Shown here in pieces: positions 31,911-45,689 of a stretch of DNA of 64,000 bases. The stretch is taken from positions 248,001 to 312,000 of the forward strand of contig MU005962.1 of the NCBI GenBank assembly GCA_010093745.1. Direction: 5' to 3'. Within the stretch, counting starts at the first letter, position 1, and each line of letters begins with the position of its first letter. Under the pieces are notes generated by a model. That model was not told the DNA's origin. It ran no database searches and saw nothing but the letters and a program-made list of their open reading frames with translations. The stretch is from Piedraia hortae CBS 480.64. Taxonomy: Eukaryota. Position numbers and translations under genes: made by a program.

Positions 31911-32978
31911 ATGAGTGTGAGATCCAACACAGCTTCTGCTTCTGGACGACATCATGCACGAACACCGACATTTCCGCTATACCATTCGACCCGCAAAAAG
32001 CCCCGACGATGGCCCTTGGTCCTGCGGGTCATCAAAGGAGCGATTCACATGGACGTTGCGATTCCCGTATGCGCTCATGGAGCTTTTGCGGCCTTGATTT
32101 GCTATCTAGACCATAATACAAGTGGACATTTAGGCATCCCTAGCTCGGTATTGCCCAGCTTGTCAATAGTTGTTGGGCTTATGCTGGTCTTTAGGAACCA
32201 AACTAGCTATGACCGGTTCTGGCAAGGAAACCAGCACTTGACCAACGTAGCATCATGCGTTCGAAACCTCACTCGAGCCTTTTTGGCTTGCTCGCATGAT
32301 ATTGGTAAAACACTGCCCACAGAAGTTCAAACAGCGGACACGGAGAGGACCGTCAGAATTCTCGTCGCGATGGTGTATGCAGCCAAGCATCATCTCAGGG
32401 CCGAGTGGGGGGCAACGGAGTTATCATTTCTGGTGTCATCCCGCAACGTCGAACGACGAAGGCAGGAGAGCGAGTCACTGGCCAAACCAGAGTACTATGA
32501 CCTCTTACCGACAGGGACACGATCTTACGAAGGACATGGTCTCGGACTACTTTTGCAGCTGAGCGTCCACGTCGAAACATACATCAAACGCTGCGTTGAC
32601 CGCGGATGGTTTCATCCTCCGCAAGCCAGTCAGATGTCCGTCCAGCTTAATCAGCTGGTTGCGTCGTATGGCAACTTGGAAACGATACATCTTACCCCAC
32701 TACCTGTGGCCTACCTTATCCACATGAGGCAAGTCCTCGCAATATTTGGCGCCGTCTTACCGTTTGCATTGGTAGAGGACATGGGATGGTGGAGTGTCCT
32801 CTTAACGGCGTTTATCACGTTTACATTGTACGGTATCGAGGCAATCGGGGCGCAGTTGGAGGATCCTTTTGGTTACGACCGCAACGATATCAAAGTCGAT
32901 GCCATCGTGGAGGACTTGAGAGTGGAGACGTTTGTGTTGCTGGACGAATGGCGGAGGGGAAGTAACATCTTCGATTGA
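31911..32978 (+). CDS. Bestrophin/UPF0187-family anion channel
   Basis: LSIVVGLMLVFRNQTSYDRFWQG, ETIHLTPLPVAY, GIEAIGAQLEDPFGYDRNDI. Confidence 0.92.
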   Translation: MSVRSNTASASGRHHARTPTFPLYHSTRKKPRRWPLVLRVIKGAIHMDVAIPVCAHGAFAALICYLDHNTSGHLGIPSSVLPSLSIVVGLMLVFRNQTSYDRFWQGNQHLTNVASCVRNLTRAFLACSHDIGKTLPTEVQTADTERTVRILVAMVYAAKHHLRAEWGATELSFLVSSRNVERRRQESESLAKPEYYDLLPTGTRSYEGHGLGLLLQLSVHVETYIKRCVDRGWFHPPQASQMSVQLNQLVASYGNLETIHLTPLPVAYLIHMRQVLAIFGAVLPFALVEDMGWWSVLLTAFITFTLYGIEAIGAQLEDPFGYDRNDIKVDAIVEDLRVETFVLLDEWRRGSNIFD

Positions 32979-33221
32979 ATTATTCATCTGTAGTCGCTGC
33001 GGAAGTAGCCGAAATCGTCTAGCGGTCATGAGTGACGCACCTTTTCAACGTCACCATGGGAAAATCCTGTCAACTCCTGTGACTCAGATAGTTCTCAATA
33101 GGAATACAAATCTTTGGTGCATTCACAGCTCACAAGTGTCTCCCTGACCGCAGAGCAAGTAAAACGTGTACTTCCGCTTTGACTCTTCGACCGGCACGGC
33201 ATACGCTGTAACAACAACATC

Positions 33222-36200
33222 ATGGTGAACAAAGCAAACCAAGGAAAACATAAGTCCCAAGGAACAGCAGCTGCTGCTAATAACGAGGATGTATCATATA
33301 TAGTCTTTGGTAACGATGGGAACAAAAAGGGGAAGAAGGCTTCAAACAGCGCACCATCAACCTCAAATAAGTTCGCTCAATCAATCCAGGGACAGCAGCA
33401 AGACGGACCAAAAAAGCCCAACACAAGGACACTGATCGCGGGGGCTTCCTGGACGGGTAAACTGCCCATAACGCTTTTCAACGAACACTGTCAGAAGCAG
33501 CGGTGGGAGAAGCCAGAGTATACCGTCAGACGCATACCAGCAGGCTACACTAGCGGCGTCATTCTGCGTCAGAAGAACCCTAAGACGGGAGAGATAACTG
33601 CACTGCCTCCAATTTCACTCCCGAGGACATATGTTGACAGCGGTGAGGGTGTCTGCGGGACCGCGGCTGAGGCAAAGCACCTCGCAGCGGCGTATGCCCT
33701 CTTTCGAGTCGGCAACATGAGAAATCTTTCCATGGCTCTTCCGCAACAGTACAAGGACTTGTGGAAGGGTGATTTTGCGCAGTTGAAGAGAGAAGCTGTT
33801 GAGCAAGGTGTCGGATACTTGTACGAAGCAGACCCTTTTCTTGCTGCGAAGCGAAGGGAAGAGGCAAAGGCTAAGAAGGAAAAGGATCTTGCGAAGAAGA
33901 GGGAAGTCGAACCGGCCAAAACTAATACGCCAGGAGCCAAACTCATGGGGAATGCAAGGGGAGGGCGAAACGTGCCCAAGATTGAAATGGGCGAGGGCAC
34001 GAGAAAACATGTTGAGAAGCTGGTGAGAACCTATGGTATTTGGAACCCACGTGGTGTGCATCTCAGCAAAGATGAGCAACGAGATGTGGCACAGAAGTTG
34101 GTCGCACATGGCTTCCGATCTAGTCATGCCAAAGAGGCGGCTGAGATTTGCGCGAATGAAGAAGAGTGCGTGGAATGGTTGCTGATACATCTTCCTGAGG
34201 ATGACATGCCGGACTGGGCTTTGCCAGACAACTACCTCGCCGGCATTGCTTTGGCGAGCAGTGATTTGGTGAACGAAAACAAGGTCAAACGATTGGCTGC
34301 CGCTGGATACTCGAGGGAGCTATGTGCAGAGATATTGACCAGGTGCGACGGTGATGAGACCCTGGCTGCATTTCAACTCCAGGCCAGGCTCATTGACAGC
34401 GAAGTACCCCCTACTGAAGGTGTAAGTGAGTCTTGGGATGAGGAAATGTCTACGCTCATGGCAATATATGACGAGCGATTCAATCAAGAGAACGGCTCTT
34501 GTAAGATGCAGCTTGAGCTACAGACGCCCTCCAAACAAAAGATCACCATGGTTGCACGGCGGCCAGCCAACTACCCAGATGCCCTGCCGGCCCTGTGCAT
34601 CGAAGCGTCTTTGCCTGCATATATTAAACTTAGCATCATACGGCAATGTCTGCTGGCTACCAAGAAGTCTTTTGTAGAAGAGATGATGATTTTCAATATC
34701 ATAGATTGGCTTGAGCAAAACATACCCGACATCATCGAACACCCAGACAGCCTTAAGAAGCTATCAGCTGCTACATCACCTTTTTATCGCTCCAACAAAG
34801 TACCTGACGAAGAACCACCAAAGACGCGAACCTATCCTCGACCAATTGAGTGGATTCAGAACACAGTCGCCAGCTCACACATGCGCAACGAGCTCCACGC
34901 AAGACAGTCAACGAAACAGCAGCAGTGCATGATGAGGACACGACAGAGTCTACCAGCATGGAAGATGCAAAACGCTATTACAGCATCTGTAACATCGAAC
35001 CAAGTTACCATCATCTCCGGAGAGACTGGATCCGGCAAGTCGACTCAGAGCGTTCAGTTCGTGTTGGATGACATGATCCAAAATGGCTACGGCGAACAGG
35101 TGAACATTCTTTGCACCCAGCCACGACGAGTTTCTGCACTTGGTCTCGCCGATCGAGTGGCCGCGGAACGATGCCAGGACGTCGGCGACGAAGTTGGGTA
35201 TATCATTAGGGGAGAATCTAGACAGACGCGAGGGGCAACAAAACTCACTTTTATGACTACTGGTATCCTTTTGCGGCGTCTGCAGACATCTGGTGGCAAT
35301 CAAGAGGACTTGGTCAGAAGCCTGGGAGACGTAAGTCATGTGGTCATTGACGAAGTGCATGAGCGGAGTCTGGATACAGACTTGTTGCTGATGCTGTTAC
35401 GCGACATGTTGGTCCGGCGAAAAGATTTGAAACTCATACTGATGAGCGCCACCCTAGACGCAGACGTGCTTCAAAGTTATTTTGATGGAGTAAGGGTGGG
35501 CAGGGTGGATATACCTGGGCGCACATTTCCTGTGATTGATATCTATCTGGATCAGGTGAGGCAGCTCACGGGGTACGACTTGAGTTTCCCGGAAGAGGAG
35601 GGATCTGACCTGGACAATGATCTTGCAAATGGCTCTGTCGCCGCAAGGCACAAGGGCAAGGACAGCCGGCCAAAACTCAACAACGCTCCAGGTCACGATG
35701 GACACTATATTGACTACGATCTTACAGCACAGACTGTGCAATATATTGACAAAGAACTAGGGTCCAATGCTGGTGGCATCCTCATCTTTCTGCCTGGCAC
35801 CATGGAGATCGAAAAGACGTTGCGTGCTCTCCGGGGCAATACAAACCTTCACGCTCTGCCCCTTCATGCTGGACTGCAAACTTATGACCAGAGGAAAGTA
35901 TTCGCCAGGCTGCCCAAGGGCAAGCGCAAAGTTGTTGCCGCGACCAATGTGGCCGAGACTTCTATCACAATTGACGATATCGTGGCGGTGATCGACACAG
36001 GGCGGGTCAAGCAAACCAGCTTTGATCCAACAGATAACATGGTTCGGCTTGTGGAACAATGGGCATCCAAAGCGGAATGCAAGCAACGGCGAGGCCGTGC
36101 AGGCCGAGTAACGGAGGGAAAATGCTACAAGCTGTACACTCAGCGGCAAGAAACCAATATGGAAGATAAGCCGGAACCGGAGATTACGAGGGTTCCTCTC

Positions 36201-37295
36201 GAGCAGCTCTGCTTGTCCCTAAAAGCAATGGGCATAGAGAATGTGCACAATTTCCTTGCATCAGCATTGACACCCCCGGATAAGCTCTCAATATCTGGGG
36301 CTTTGGCGCAGCTCGTACGTATCGGAGCTCTAGAGAAGAACGAGCTCACCGCACTTGGGAGGCATCTATCCATGATACCGGCCGACCTACGGTGTGGTAA
36401 GCTTTTGGTCTATGGAGCTGCATTTGGCTGTCTGAATGCCTGCTTGACCATCGCCGCAACACTGACTCTAAAGAGCCCATTCGTTAGTCCACAAACCATG
36501 AGAGACGAAGCTAAAGCCGCCAAAAATGCCTTCTCTCCCGGCAACGGCGACCTCTTGTGTGCTTTACGAGCGTATGAGGCATGGTCACGTCAACAAATAG
36601 ACAACAAAAGCAACATACGACGATGGTGCGAGGCAAATTTCCTCAGCCACCAGACACTACTCGACATCTCAACAACAAGAGACCAGTACCTCTCCTCCCT
36701 AGAACAAATCGGCTTCCTCGACCCCGGGTCCAAGAGTATTCCCTCCGCTCTCAACACCCACAACGAAAGCGACGCCCTCCTCCGCGCTCTAGTCGCGGGA
36801 TCCTTCCAGCCGCAAATCGCCCGCATCTCCTTCCCAGACACAAAATACTTCGCCACAGGCTCAGGCACAGTAGCTCTAGACCCGGAAGCGCGCACGATTA
36901 AGTTTTACAACCAAGAAAACGGCCGGGTGTTTGTCCATCCCAGCTCGACCTTGTTTGATGCCCAGACGTTCCCCAGTCATAGCGCTTTCCTCGCTTACTT
37001 TACAAAGGTCGCTACCACTAAGGTGTTTATACGGGATCTTTGTCCGTTTAATGCGTATACCCTGCTCTTGTTCGGCGGGGAGGTGGTTGTCGATCCCCAG
37101 GGTAGGGGCCTTATGGTTGATGGATGGCTGAGGTTAAGAGGTTGGGGGCGAATTGGTGTCTTGGTCAATAGACTGAAGATGGCGCTGGATGGTTTACTGG
37201 CGAGGAAGGTAGATGATCCGCAATTTGAAATGTGCGAATCCGAGGTTGTGAGTTTGGTTCGCAAAATGGTTACGTTTGACGGATTGGATAGATAA
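33222..37295 (+). CDS. DEAH-box RNA helicase, DHX57/YLR419W/Ucp12-like (UBA, RWD, HA2, OB-fold)
   Basis: GETGSGKST, TQPRRVSA, DEVHERS, MSAT, ATNVAETSITI, QRRGRAGR; N-terminal SWTGKLP, EWLLIHLPEDDMP and RWD-like YPDALP. Confidence 0.93.
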   Translation: MVNKANQGKHKSQGTAAAANNEDVSYIVFGNDGNKKGKKASNSAPSTSNKFAQSIQGQQQDGPKKPNTRTLIAGASWTGKLPITLFNEHCQKQRWEKPEYTVRRIPAGYTSGVILRQKNPKTGEITALPPISLPRTYVDSGEGVCGTAAEAKHLAAAYALFRVGNMRNLSMALPQQYKDLWKGDFAQLKREAVEQGVGYLYEADPFLAAKRREEAKAKKEKDLAKKREVEPAKTNTPGAKLMGNARGGRNVPKIEMGEGTRKHVEKLVRTYGIWNPRGVHLSKDEQRDVAQKLVAHGFRSSHAKEAAEICANEEECVEWLLIHLPEDDMPDWALPDNYLAGIALASSDLVNENKVKRLAAAGYSRELCAEILTRCDGDETLAAFQLQARLIDSEVPPTEGVSESWDEEMSTLMAIYDERFNQENGSCKMQLELQTPSKQKITMVARRPANYPDALPALCIEASLPAYIKLSIIRQCLLATKKSFVEEMMIFNIIDWLEQNIPDIIEHPDSLKKLSAATSPFYRSNKVPDEEPPKTRTYPRPIEWIQNTVASSHMRNELHARQSTKQQQCMMRTRQSLPAWKMQNAITASVTSNQVTIISGETGSGKSTQSVQFVLDDMIQNGYGEQVNILCTQPRRVSALGLADRVAAERCQDVGDEVGYIIRGESRQTRGATKLTFMTTGILLRRLQTSGGNQEDLVRSLGDVSHVVIDEVHERSLDTDLLLMLLRDMLVRRKDLKLILMSATLDADVLQSYFDGVRVGRVDIPGRTFPVIDIYLDQVRQLTGYDLSFPEEEGSDLDNDLANGSVAARHKGKDSRPKLNNAPGHDGHYIDYDLTAQTVQYIDKELGSNAGGILIFLPGTMEIEKTLRALRGNTNLHALPLHAGLQTYDQRKVFARLPKGKRKVVAATNVAETSITIDDIVAVIDTGRVKQTSFDPTDNMVRLVEQWASKAECKQRRGRAGRVTEGKCYKLYTQRQETNMEDKPEPEITRVPLEQLCLSLKAMGIENVHNFLASALTPPDKLSISGALAQLVRIGALEKNELTALGRHLSMIPADLRCGKLLVYGAAFGCLNACLTIAATLTLKSPFVSPQTMRDEAKAAKNAFSPGNGDLLCALRAYEAWSRQQIDNKSNIRRWCEANFLSHQTLLDISTTRDQYLSSLEQIGFLDPGSKSIPSALNTHNESDALLRALVAGSFQPQIARISFPDTKYFATGSGTVALDPEARTIKFYNQENGRVFVHPSSTLFDAQTFPSHSAFLAYFTKVATTKVFIRDLCPFNAYTLLLFGGEVVVDPQGRGLMVDGWLRLRGWGRIGVLVNRLKMALDGLLARKVDDPQFEMCESEVVSLVRKMVTFDGLDR

Positions 37296-37324
37296 ACGGG
37301 GTAATGGTTACAACGACTAGCTAT

Positions 37325-38221
37325 CTACCAGCCTGCAAAGTCTTTGGGCACTTCGTAGACATTCTCATCTTCCACGTTGTTCTCGTCTAGAAAGTCCCAT
37401 CCATTGCTCATTTTACCCTCGTCGTCTGTGATGTGGACCTCAACATCAGCCCACTGATCCGCATCGACGATCAGGAGCCTACAATCAGTATCCTCATCAA
37501 ACTTGCCTCCGAGATAGTTTTCCAGTGTCCATTTGGCACGCTCTGATTCATAAGCAGACCCTAGCAAGGGCTCTGCAGAAGCGCCCCAGGTCCAGACTAC
37601 AGCTTCGATTTCTTTGCGACCAGGATGCCAAACAATGGCGCCCGTCTCTCCCTCTTCAGAAAAGTCTACATCAACCTCGACGGGCAAATAGGTAGCATCG
37701 TGGACACCGTAATGCGTATAGTGCTGATGGATCTTATCTCGCGAAATCCTACCAGCGCCGAAGAGGACAACGCCCTTTACCGTCTCCGCGGGATCACTTG
37801 AAGGGACGATGCACGGGAGGTGGGTGGTGGGATGGACGAGTGCGGTGTAGCCACGTAGGTTAGCCGGTGTCATACGGGTGAGGATCTCCACCGAAGAGAG
37901 CCTTCCAAGCAAGGCGGACAGGGAACCGGGCTGCATTAGAACATCATGGATGAAAAGAGGTTTGTACAGTTCCGTGGAGAGGTGTCCCTGGGATGAGATC
38001 AGGGGCTCACGAATGCGAGTGTTTGATAACAAGCGCCTGTAGCCGAAGGTGATGCATTCGTCTTCATCGCGCGCAGGGCGACGGGCTTGTGCAGATAAGG
38101 ATTGAACGCGGACAGGAATAGGAAAGCCGTTGAGGAGGCTGTCGTCAAGGCTCTCAGAGGATCTATCGCTGTGCGAGAAAGTTTGACCAGGACTTTCAAC
38201 GGTATTGGCTTGTTCTGGCAT
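37325..38221 (-). CDS. Hypothetical protein with a degenerate AIG2/gamma-glutamylcyclotransferase-like fold
   Basis: PLFIHDVLMQPGSL...MTPANLRGY...LPCIVPS...TVKGVVLFG resembles the AIG2-like pattern FxYGTLM...PAxLxGY...YP...VxGxL. Confidence 0.6.
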   Translation of the reverse strand: MPEQANTVESPGQTFSHSDRSSESLDDSLLNGFPIPVRVQSLSAQARRPARDEDECITFGYRRLLSNTRIREPLISSQGHLSTELYKPLFIHDVLMQPGSLSALLGRLSSVEILTRMTPANLRGYTALVHPTTHLPCIVPSSDPAETVKGVVLFGAGRISRDKIHQHYTHYGVHDATYLPVEVDVDFSEEGETGAIVWHPGRKEIEAVVWTWGASAEPLLGSAYESERAKWTLENYLGGKFDEDTDCRLLIVDADQWADVEVHITDDEGKMSNGWDFLDENNVEDENVYEVPKDFAGW

Positions 38222-38665
38222 GTTGTCTTAGGAGAGCTGAAGGTTGAAGAGAATGCATTTCGTGCACCGAACGTGTCAGAAGGCAAGTGAATAATCGCCT
38301 TCCAACGACACACACTTGTCGAGACGAACAAAGGATCATTCACACAATTGAATCTGGTTATGTGGGGATGAAAATGTGAAACTGGTGTATGTTGCAGATG
38401 CCAAGAGTGTGCACCGTACCAGAGTTTAACGCACAGTCCCTGGCAGATAACTGCACAACAATGACAGCAAGACGTGCAGCATAAAGCTGTGATCAGCCGC
38501 TACATGTAATGGGAGAATGTCTATTGCTTTGTGGTCGATCAAAACAGTAATGCAATGCAGTCAGAGCAACCTTCGGCAGCAATTACAGACTGTCCTCGGC
38601 CGGAGCAGATGACGATTCGTCAGCAACAGCCTTGCCACGACGTTAAAGTTCGAATCACGCAACGT

Positions 38666-38704
38666 GTTCTTTATCATTCTACGCCGTTCTAGTCAGTTCT
38701 AGAG
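38666..38704. promoter_or_regulatory. Step-type heat-shock element candidate upstream of CDC48
   Basis: Four TTCT units at exact 10-bp spacing (38667, 38677, 38687, 38697); the last forms TTCtaGAG. Confidence 0.5.
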
Positions 38705-38931
38705 CGTGAATATGGAGATTAGTCAGCATGTATGGCTACGCGTACCGTCACTGACAGCCATTACGTAATTGCACAGCTACACCAGACTTCGTTCTTGCTC
38801 TTCTTCTCCGACACACCTTCCTCCCATTACCACTTCTCATACCGCCCTTTTCCTCATCACCACGACCCTTTCGTTCCCTTTGGTGCTTACTGCATATTTG
38901 TCAGTTTCCGTGCCACTTTCGGCTGCCCTGA

Positions 38932-41475
<2,544 letters not shown>

Positions 41476-41752
41476 ATTGTGTCATGATCAGTTCAGATTT
41501 GAATGGCAAAGGGCGTTTAAGGTGTGGATAGAAAGCGCCGCATTGCGTGAGCAATGAACTGGCGCAAGTAGTGTATGCAATAGCTGTAGGTCTACAGTGG
41601 AAAAGCTCGTCCTGATAACTCAATACCAATTAGTGTGAATGTCCAATACATCTTAGTGTGCATGTGGAATGTGGGCCCGGCACATTCCGTTTTGGCCAGC
41701 TTGTGCTTCGTCATTCGGTTTCGAATCGAAATTCGTTAAAACAAGTCGCAGC

Positions 41753-42708
41753 ATGGTGTCGATCAAGCGGGCGTTTCTCGGGCTGGCGCTCTGCAGCCCA
41801 GTCTTTGCCAAGAAGTCAGCTGAAGACATCAAGGTACCTACCGTGCAGCTGTTCGTTCCTACAGCTCCTCTGACATGGACAGGCCGAAACAGTTCAAGAT
41901 GTCGAATCCCGCGAAGCAGCGCCTCCAACTTTGGCGGTCAACATTTCTACATCGTTCCCCGAGTCTGAAATCTTTGGCATCAAGCTCATCAATGGCAAAT
42001 CCACAAAGGCGGTTGTCGCGATTCGTAACCTCGAGGAAGAGGAATCCGTCGGTGTCCTCGTTATCGGGGGATCTCTTTCTACGCCGATTGGACCCAACAT
42101 GCCCTCCCCACCTCAGGTTCTGAGGAACTTGACCGGACAGAGGTACGATATCTCGATTCCTCCTGGAAAGCAGGAGGAGTTGCTGTACACTTTCACCAAT
42201 GTCATGCACCCTCAGGATCTGAGGCTTAGTCTGGCTACCGTCATGGAGAAAGGTGGACATATCTTCACCCATGTTGCGTATAACGAAACAGTTACCGTAG
42301 TCGAAGCACCCACGAGCATTTTTGACCCACAAATGTAAGTCTTCCTCCCCAAAACGCTGACAAGATGAGAAAACTAACGTGAGCACGTCCAGTATATTTT
42401 TATACCTCTTTCTTACAGCTGTGTTTGGGGGTACATGCTATTTCATCTACAATACGTGGTTCACTACCCTGTTTCCTCAGAGGAAACGCTCTGGCAAAGG
42501 CGGCGAACGGGCGAAAAAGTCTTCGCGTGGAATCAAGCGAGTCGATCCTTCTCAGCAGGTCGGTGTCGCTGGCGACGGGCCAGCTGTGACATCTGCCACC
42601 GAGATCGCAAATGATAAGGGATACGACGAGTCGTGGATCCCAGTCAGCCATTTGCAGCGTCCGCAAGCTAAAAGGACGGGGTCCAGCAGGCCCAAGAGCA
42701 GGAATTAG
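41753..42708 (+). CDS. IRC22: Translocon-associated protein alpha (TRAP-alpha/SSR1), 2 introns
   Basis: Signal peptide MVSIKRAFLGLALCSPVFA; FPESEIFGIKLING, LRNLT, MHPQDLRL, YNETVTVVEAPTSIFDPQ / IFLYLFL TM; YDESWIP. Confidence 0.88.
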
Positions 42709-42972
42709 GTTGGGTTGTTGGTATGACAGTAAAAGCATGAACCCGCGACTGTGTCAAGTCAGATTGCATTAACTGTCTGTGCGAAGCCTCGATACTTGAT
42801 TCGGCGCACTCCTTTCCTATGAGCGAGCCATTTACAATTAACCAGCCATCTACAGCAATAGCAAAGGACAAATCAAACAGACATGCTACCAGAGACTCTA
42901 CTAAAATTACCACGGTCTAATAGTGCGTTGCCAAGCCTCTAGCTCCCCAGTTTGCCAAGCCCACCATCATCT

Positions 42973-44160
42973 TCAGACGCTCAACTTTGCGAGATCCTCC
43001 CTCGTCACCTCGACATTACCCCCATTACCCTCCTTCACCTTCTTACACGGAACATTGCCTCCCCGAAGGTATTCCTCATACTCACCCACTTGTTTCCCAC
43101 CCGCGACCCACCGCTGGGTATAAGCCTCCTTTCTGCTCTTGCACTCATCGTTGAGCGCCTTCCAGTAAATCGGGTGATCATATTCGAATTTAAGCGCACC
43201 GCCGGGCTGCTTGTCCCATAGCTGGTGCACGGGAACGAACTTTGCAAGGTCCTCGTTGAAGTGCATCTTCTCGCGCGTCACGGGGTCGATGAAAGGCGAG
43301 ATGAGCTTGAAAAATGTCGAGACGTACCATGGTAGTTCGGAGATAAGCGCGCAGCCGAGTCGTTCTGGGGAGTGTGTCTGCAGGATGTTCAACACCGCGC
43401 GCGCTTGACCGACTGAGGGTACGGTGCCCTTCGCTGCACCTTTGAAGTTAATTAGGAGACAGGCCGATTCCTGGCCTGGAGGCATCATGTCGACCGTCCG
43501 GTCCACCATAAAGCAGAGGTGGTTAATCTGTCGGTCTGACATTTTGGTATTTTGTAGACCGGGGCTTAGGTAGAGACAAGGTCGGCCGACCTTGTCGTAG
43601 CCCAGGACAAGCTGCTTGCCTGTTTCGTTTTCGGGGGAAATGTACTCCGCTGTAAAGGCGTCGGCACCATATTCTCGACGCCAGCTCAGTGTGCTTTGCA
43701 GCCGCTTTAACGCGTTTGCGACAACCCACTTCGTTGCGCGAAGATAGCGCAAGATGCACTCCCGCGTAAGCCACATGCGCTCGTAATCTTGCATCGGCAT
43801 CTGCTGTACGACTTTGTGCGTGTGAACGGGAATAGTCTGCCATTGCGAGACGGCCGTCAGGACCGTCTGGTACTTGAGTTCTTGCTCAGTAGTCAGGGCT
43901 GGGGGCGCGTTGGGCTTGCATCCTTTTGCTGGGCGCGGAATGGGTGTTTTGAGCGGTCCGTTCGCTGGTGGGCTCCATTCGGGCTCTTCCTGGTTGGTTA
44001 CCGCAGCTGCTCCGCGCACATGGGCTTGGTGCGACACTGCCTCGTCGTCGGCTGCTTTGCTTGGATGGATGCTGCTGCTTGGCGTCTCGTTCGGCTGTCC
44101 ATTTTGATGGGATGAGGCTGTGGCAAACGACGCGACCGACGAATTGCGAGAAGTCGACAT
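42973..44160 (-). CDS. PDR16: CRAL-TRIO (Sec14-like) phosphatidylinositol transfer protein, Pdr16/Pdr17 type
   Basis: WLTRECILRYLRATKW...TLSWRREYG...ENETGKQ...GYDKVGRPCLYL...LNILQTHSPERLG...ISPFIDPVTREK; first ATG at 44160. Confidence 0.88.
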   Translation of the reverse strand: MSTSRNSSVASFATASSHQNGQPNETPSSSIHPSKAADDEAVSHQAHVRGAAAVTNQEEPEWSPPANGPLKTPIPRPAKGCKPNAPPALTTEQELKYQTVLTAVSQWQTIPVHTHKVVQQMPMQDYERMWLTRECILRYLRATKWVVANALKRLQSTLSWRREYGADAFTAEYISPENETGKQLVLGYDKVGRPCLYLSPGLQNTKMSDRQINHLCFMVDRTVDMMPPGQESACLLINFKGAAKGTVPSVGQARAVLNILQTHSPERLGCALISELPWYVSTFFKLISPFIDPVTREKMHFNEDLAKFVPVHQLWDKQPGGALKFEYDHPIYWKALNDECKSRKEAYTQRWVAGGKQVGEYEEYLRGGNVPCKKVKEGNGGNVEVTREDLAKLSV

Positions 44161-44273
44161 TTCGGCTACCCTCTTTCCCAATGAGTGTGGCTCCACGGAT
44201 GATCTGCAGCTGCGCGCATTGGTGGCAATGACATCACCGGCGCTTCCTTTGTCAAACACCGCAAAAGATATCT

Positions 44274-45444
44274 ATGAGTTTTCCAAAGCTTGGGCGAATT
44301 CTGACCAACGTAGGCCTTTCCTGATTTTGGTCCTCGTTTATGCTGATATAGTTCAGTCTTCTAAGCGCAAGATGCATATCCAATCTTTTCCCATGTGTAA
44401 GCTTCATATCTTGGCGGTGGATATAGCTAAGTGGAGCCTAGGGGAGGGCAGTGGAAACAACTATGCCTACCTTGTGATGTGTCCCAAAACCTATGATGGT
44501 GTTATCATTGATCCTGCCAACCCACCAGAGTGATATTCTCGCCCCAAAAAAAATATATGATCGTTCTAATCTTGGTGGCAGAGTAATTCCCAAACTCGAA
44601 AAAGCGATAGATGGTGGGTTCAGATTGCAGGCCATCATCAACACACATCAGTTCGTTCCAATACCCAATCAAACTCTCTACTAAACAATGCAGTCACCAC
44701 GACCATGCCGGTGGCAATGCAGAAATGGTTTGTTTTTGCAGCAAGCCCGAATGCAAACTAACTAGCACAGCTCAAAAAGTACACTGTGCCCATCATCGGT
44801 GGGAAAGACTGTGCACACGTAACCAAGACTCCCAAACACGAGGAAGAGTTTTCCGTGGGCAATATCAAGGTCAAAGCACTGCATACGCCCTGTCACACCC
44901 AAGATAGCATTTGCTATTTTATGGAAGACGATGAAGAACGTGTTGTGTTTACGGGTGATACTTTGTTCATTGGAGGTCGGTTGAGCTCAGATGAATCAAA
45001 TGCAGAGAGCTAAGGTTACAGGCTGCGGACGCTTTTTCGAGGGCACACCTGCAGAAATGGACACGGCCCTGAACAAAATCCTGGGTTCGCTGCCGGACGA
45101 TACCTATGTCTATGTAAGATCTTCACACATGCACCATGACCGTCTGACAAGATGCAGCCCGGCCACGAGTATACAAAGGGCAACGTCAAGTTCGGTATCA
45201 AAGTGATACAGAACGATGCCATCAAAGATCTAGAATCTTTCTCCGCGAAGAACAAGGAGACGCAGGGCGAGTTTACGATTGAACAGGAAAAGGTATGTCT
45301 CAGATGCACATCGATGCAGGGCTGACGGGGCAGCAACACAACGTTTTCATGATGCTGGAGGATGCAGCCGTCAAGAAGTTTACCGGCAAGAGCGAGCGAG
45401 TAGACGTGATGGGGGCGCTGCGGGAAGCCAAAAACTCCATGTAA
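44274..45444 (+). CDS. GLO2: Hydroxyacylglutathione hydrolase (glyoxalase II); core ATG at 44372 with 7 introns, plus a probable upstream presequence exon
   Basis: Spliced: [20 protein letters not shown]...[10 protein letters not shown]...[13 protein letters not shown]...[13 protein letters not shown]...[17 protein letters not shown]...YPGHEYT...EKQHNVFM...LREAKNSM*. Confidence 0.93.
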
Positions 45445-45689
45445 GCATAGGGCTGAGGCGGGCGGGGCAAAGGGAATTGTACGTCAAATAAGGCAGAAGG
45501 TTGACCGAAGGTTGGCGGCAAGCGTTTCCGCAAAGGCACAGCTCGCTAGCGCCCCGGTTATCTCCGCCCACCGCCGATTGGCCCGCCGACGACGTCAGGG
45601 TCGATTAAAGCGGGGCGATGCATGCCGCAACCAACCGCGAAAGAAGGCGGAGCAGAGAATAATCGCCGGCCATTGCCCAATGCCTGGTA

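Noticed and set aside
38648..38656. B-box-like GTTCGAATC suggesting a tRNA gene
   Set aside because: No T-stem pairing, A-box or cloverleaf around it.
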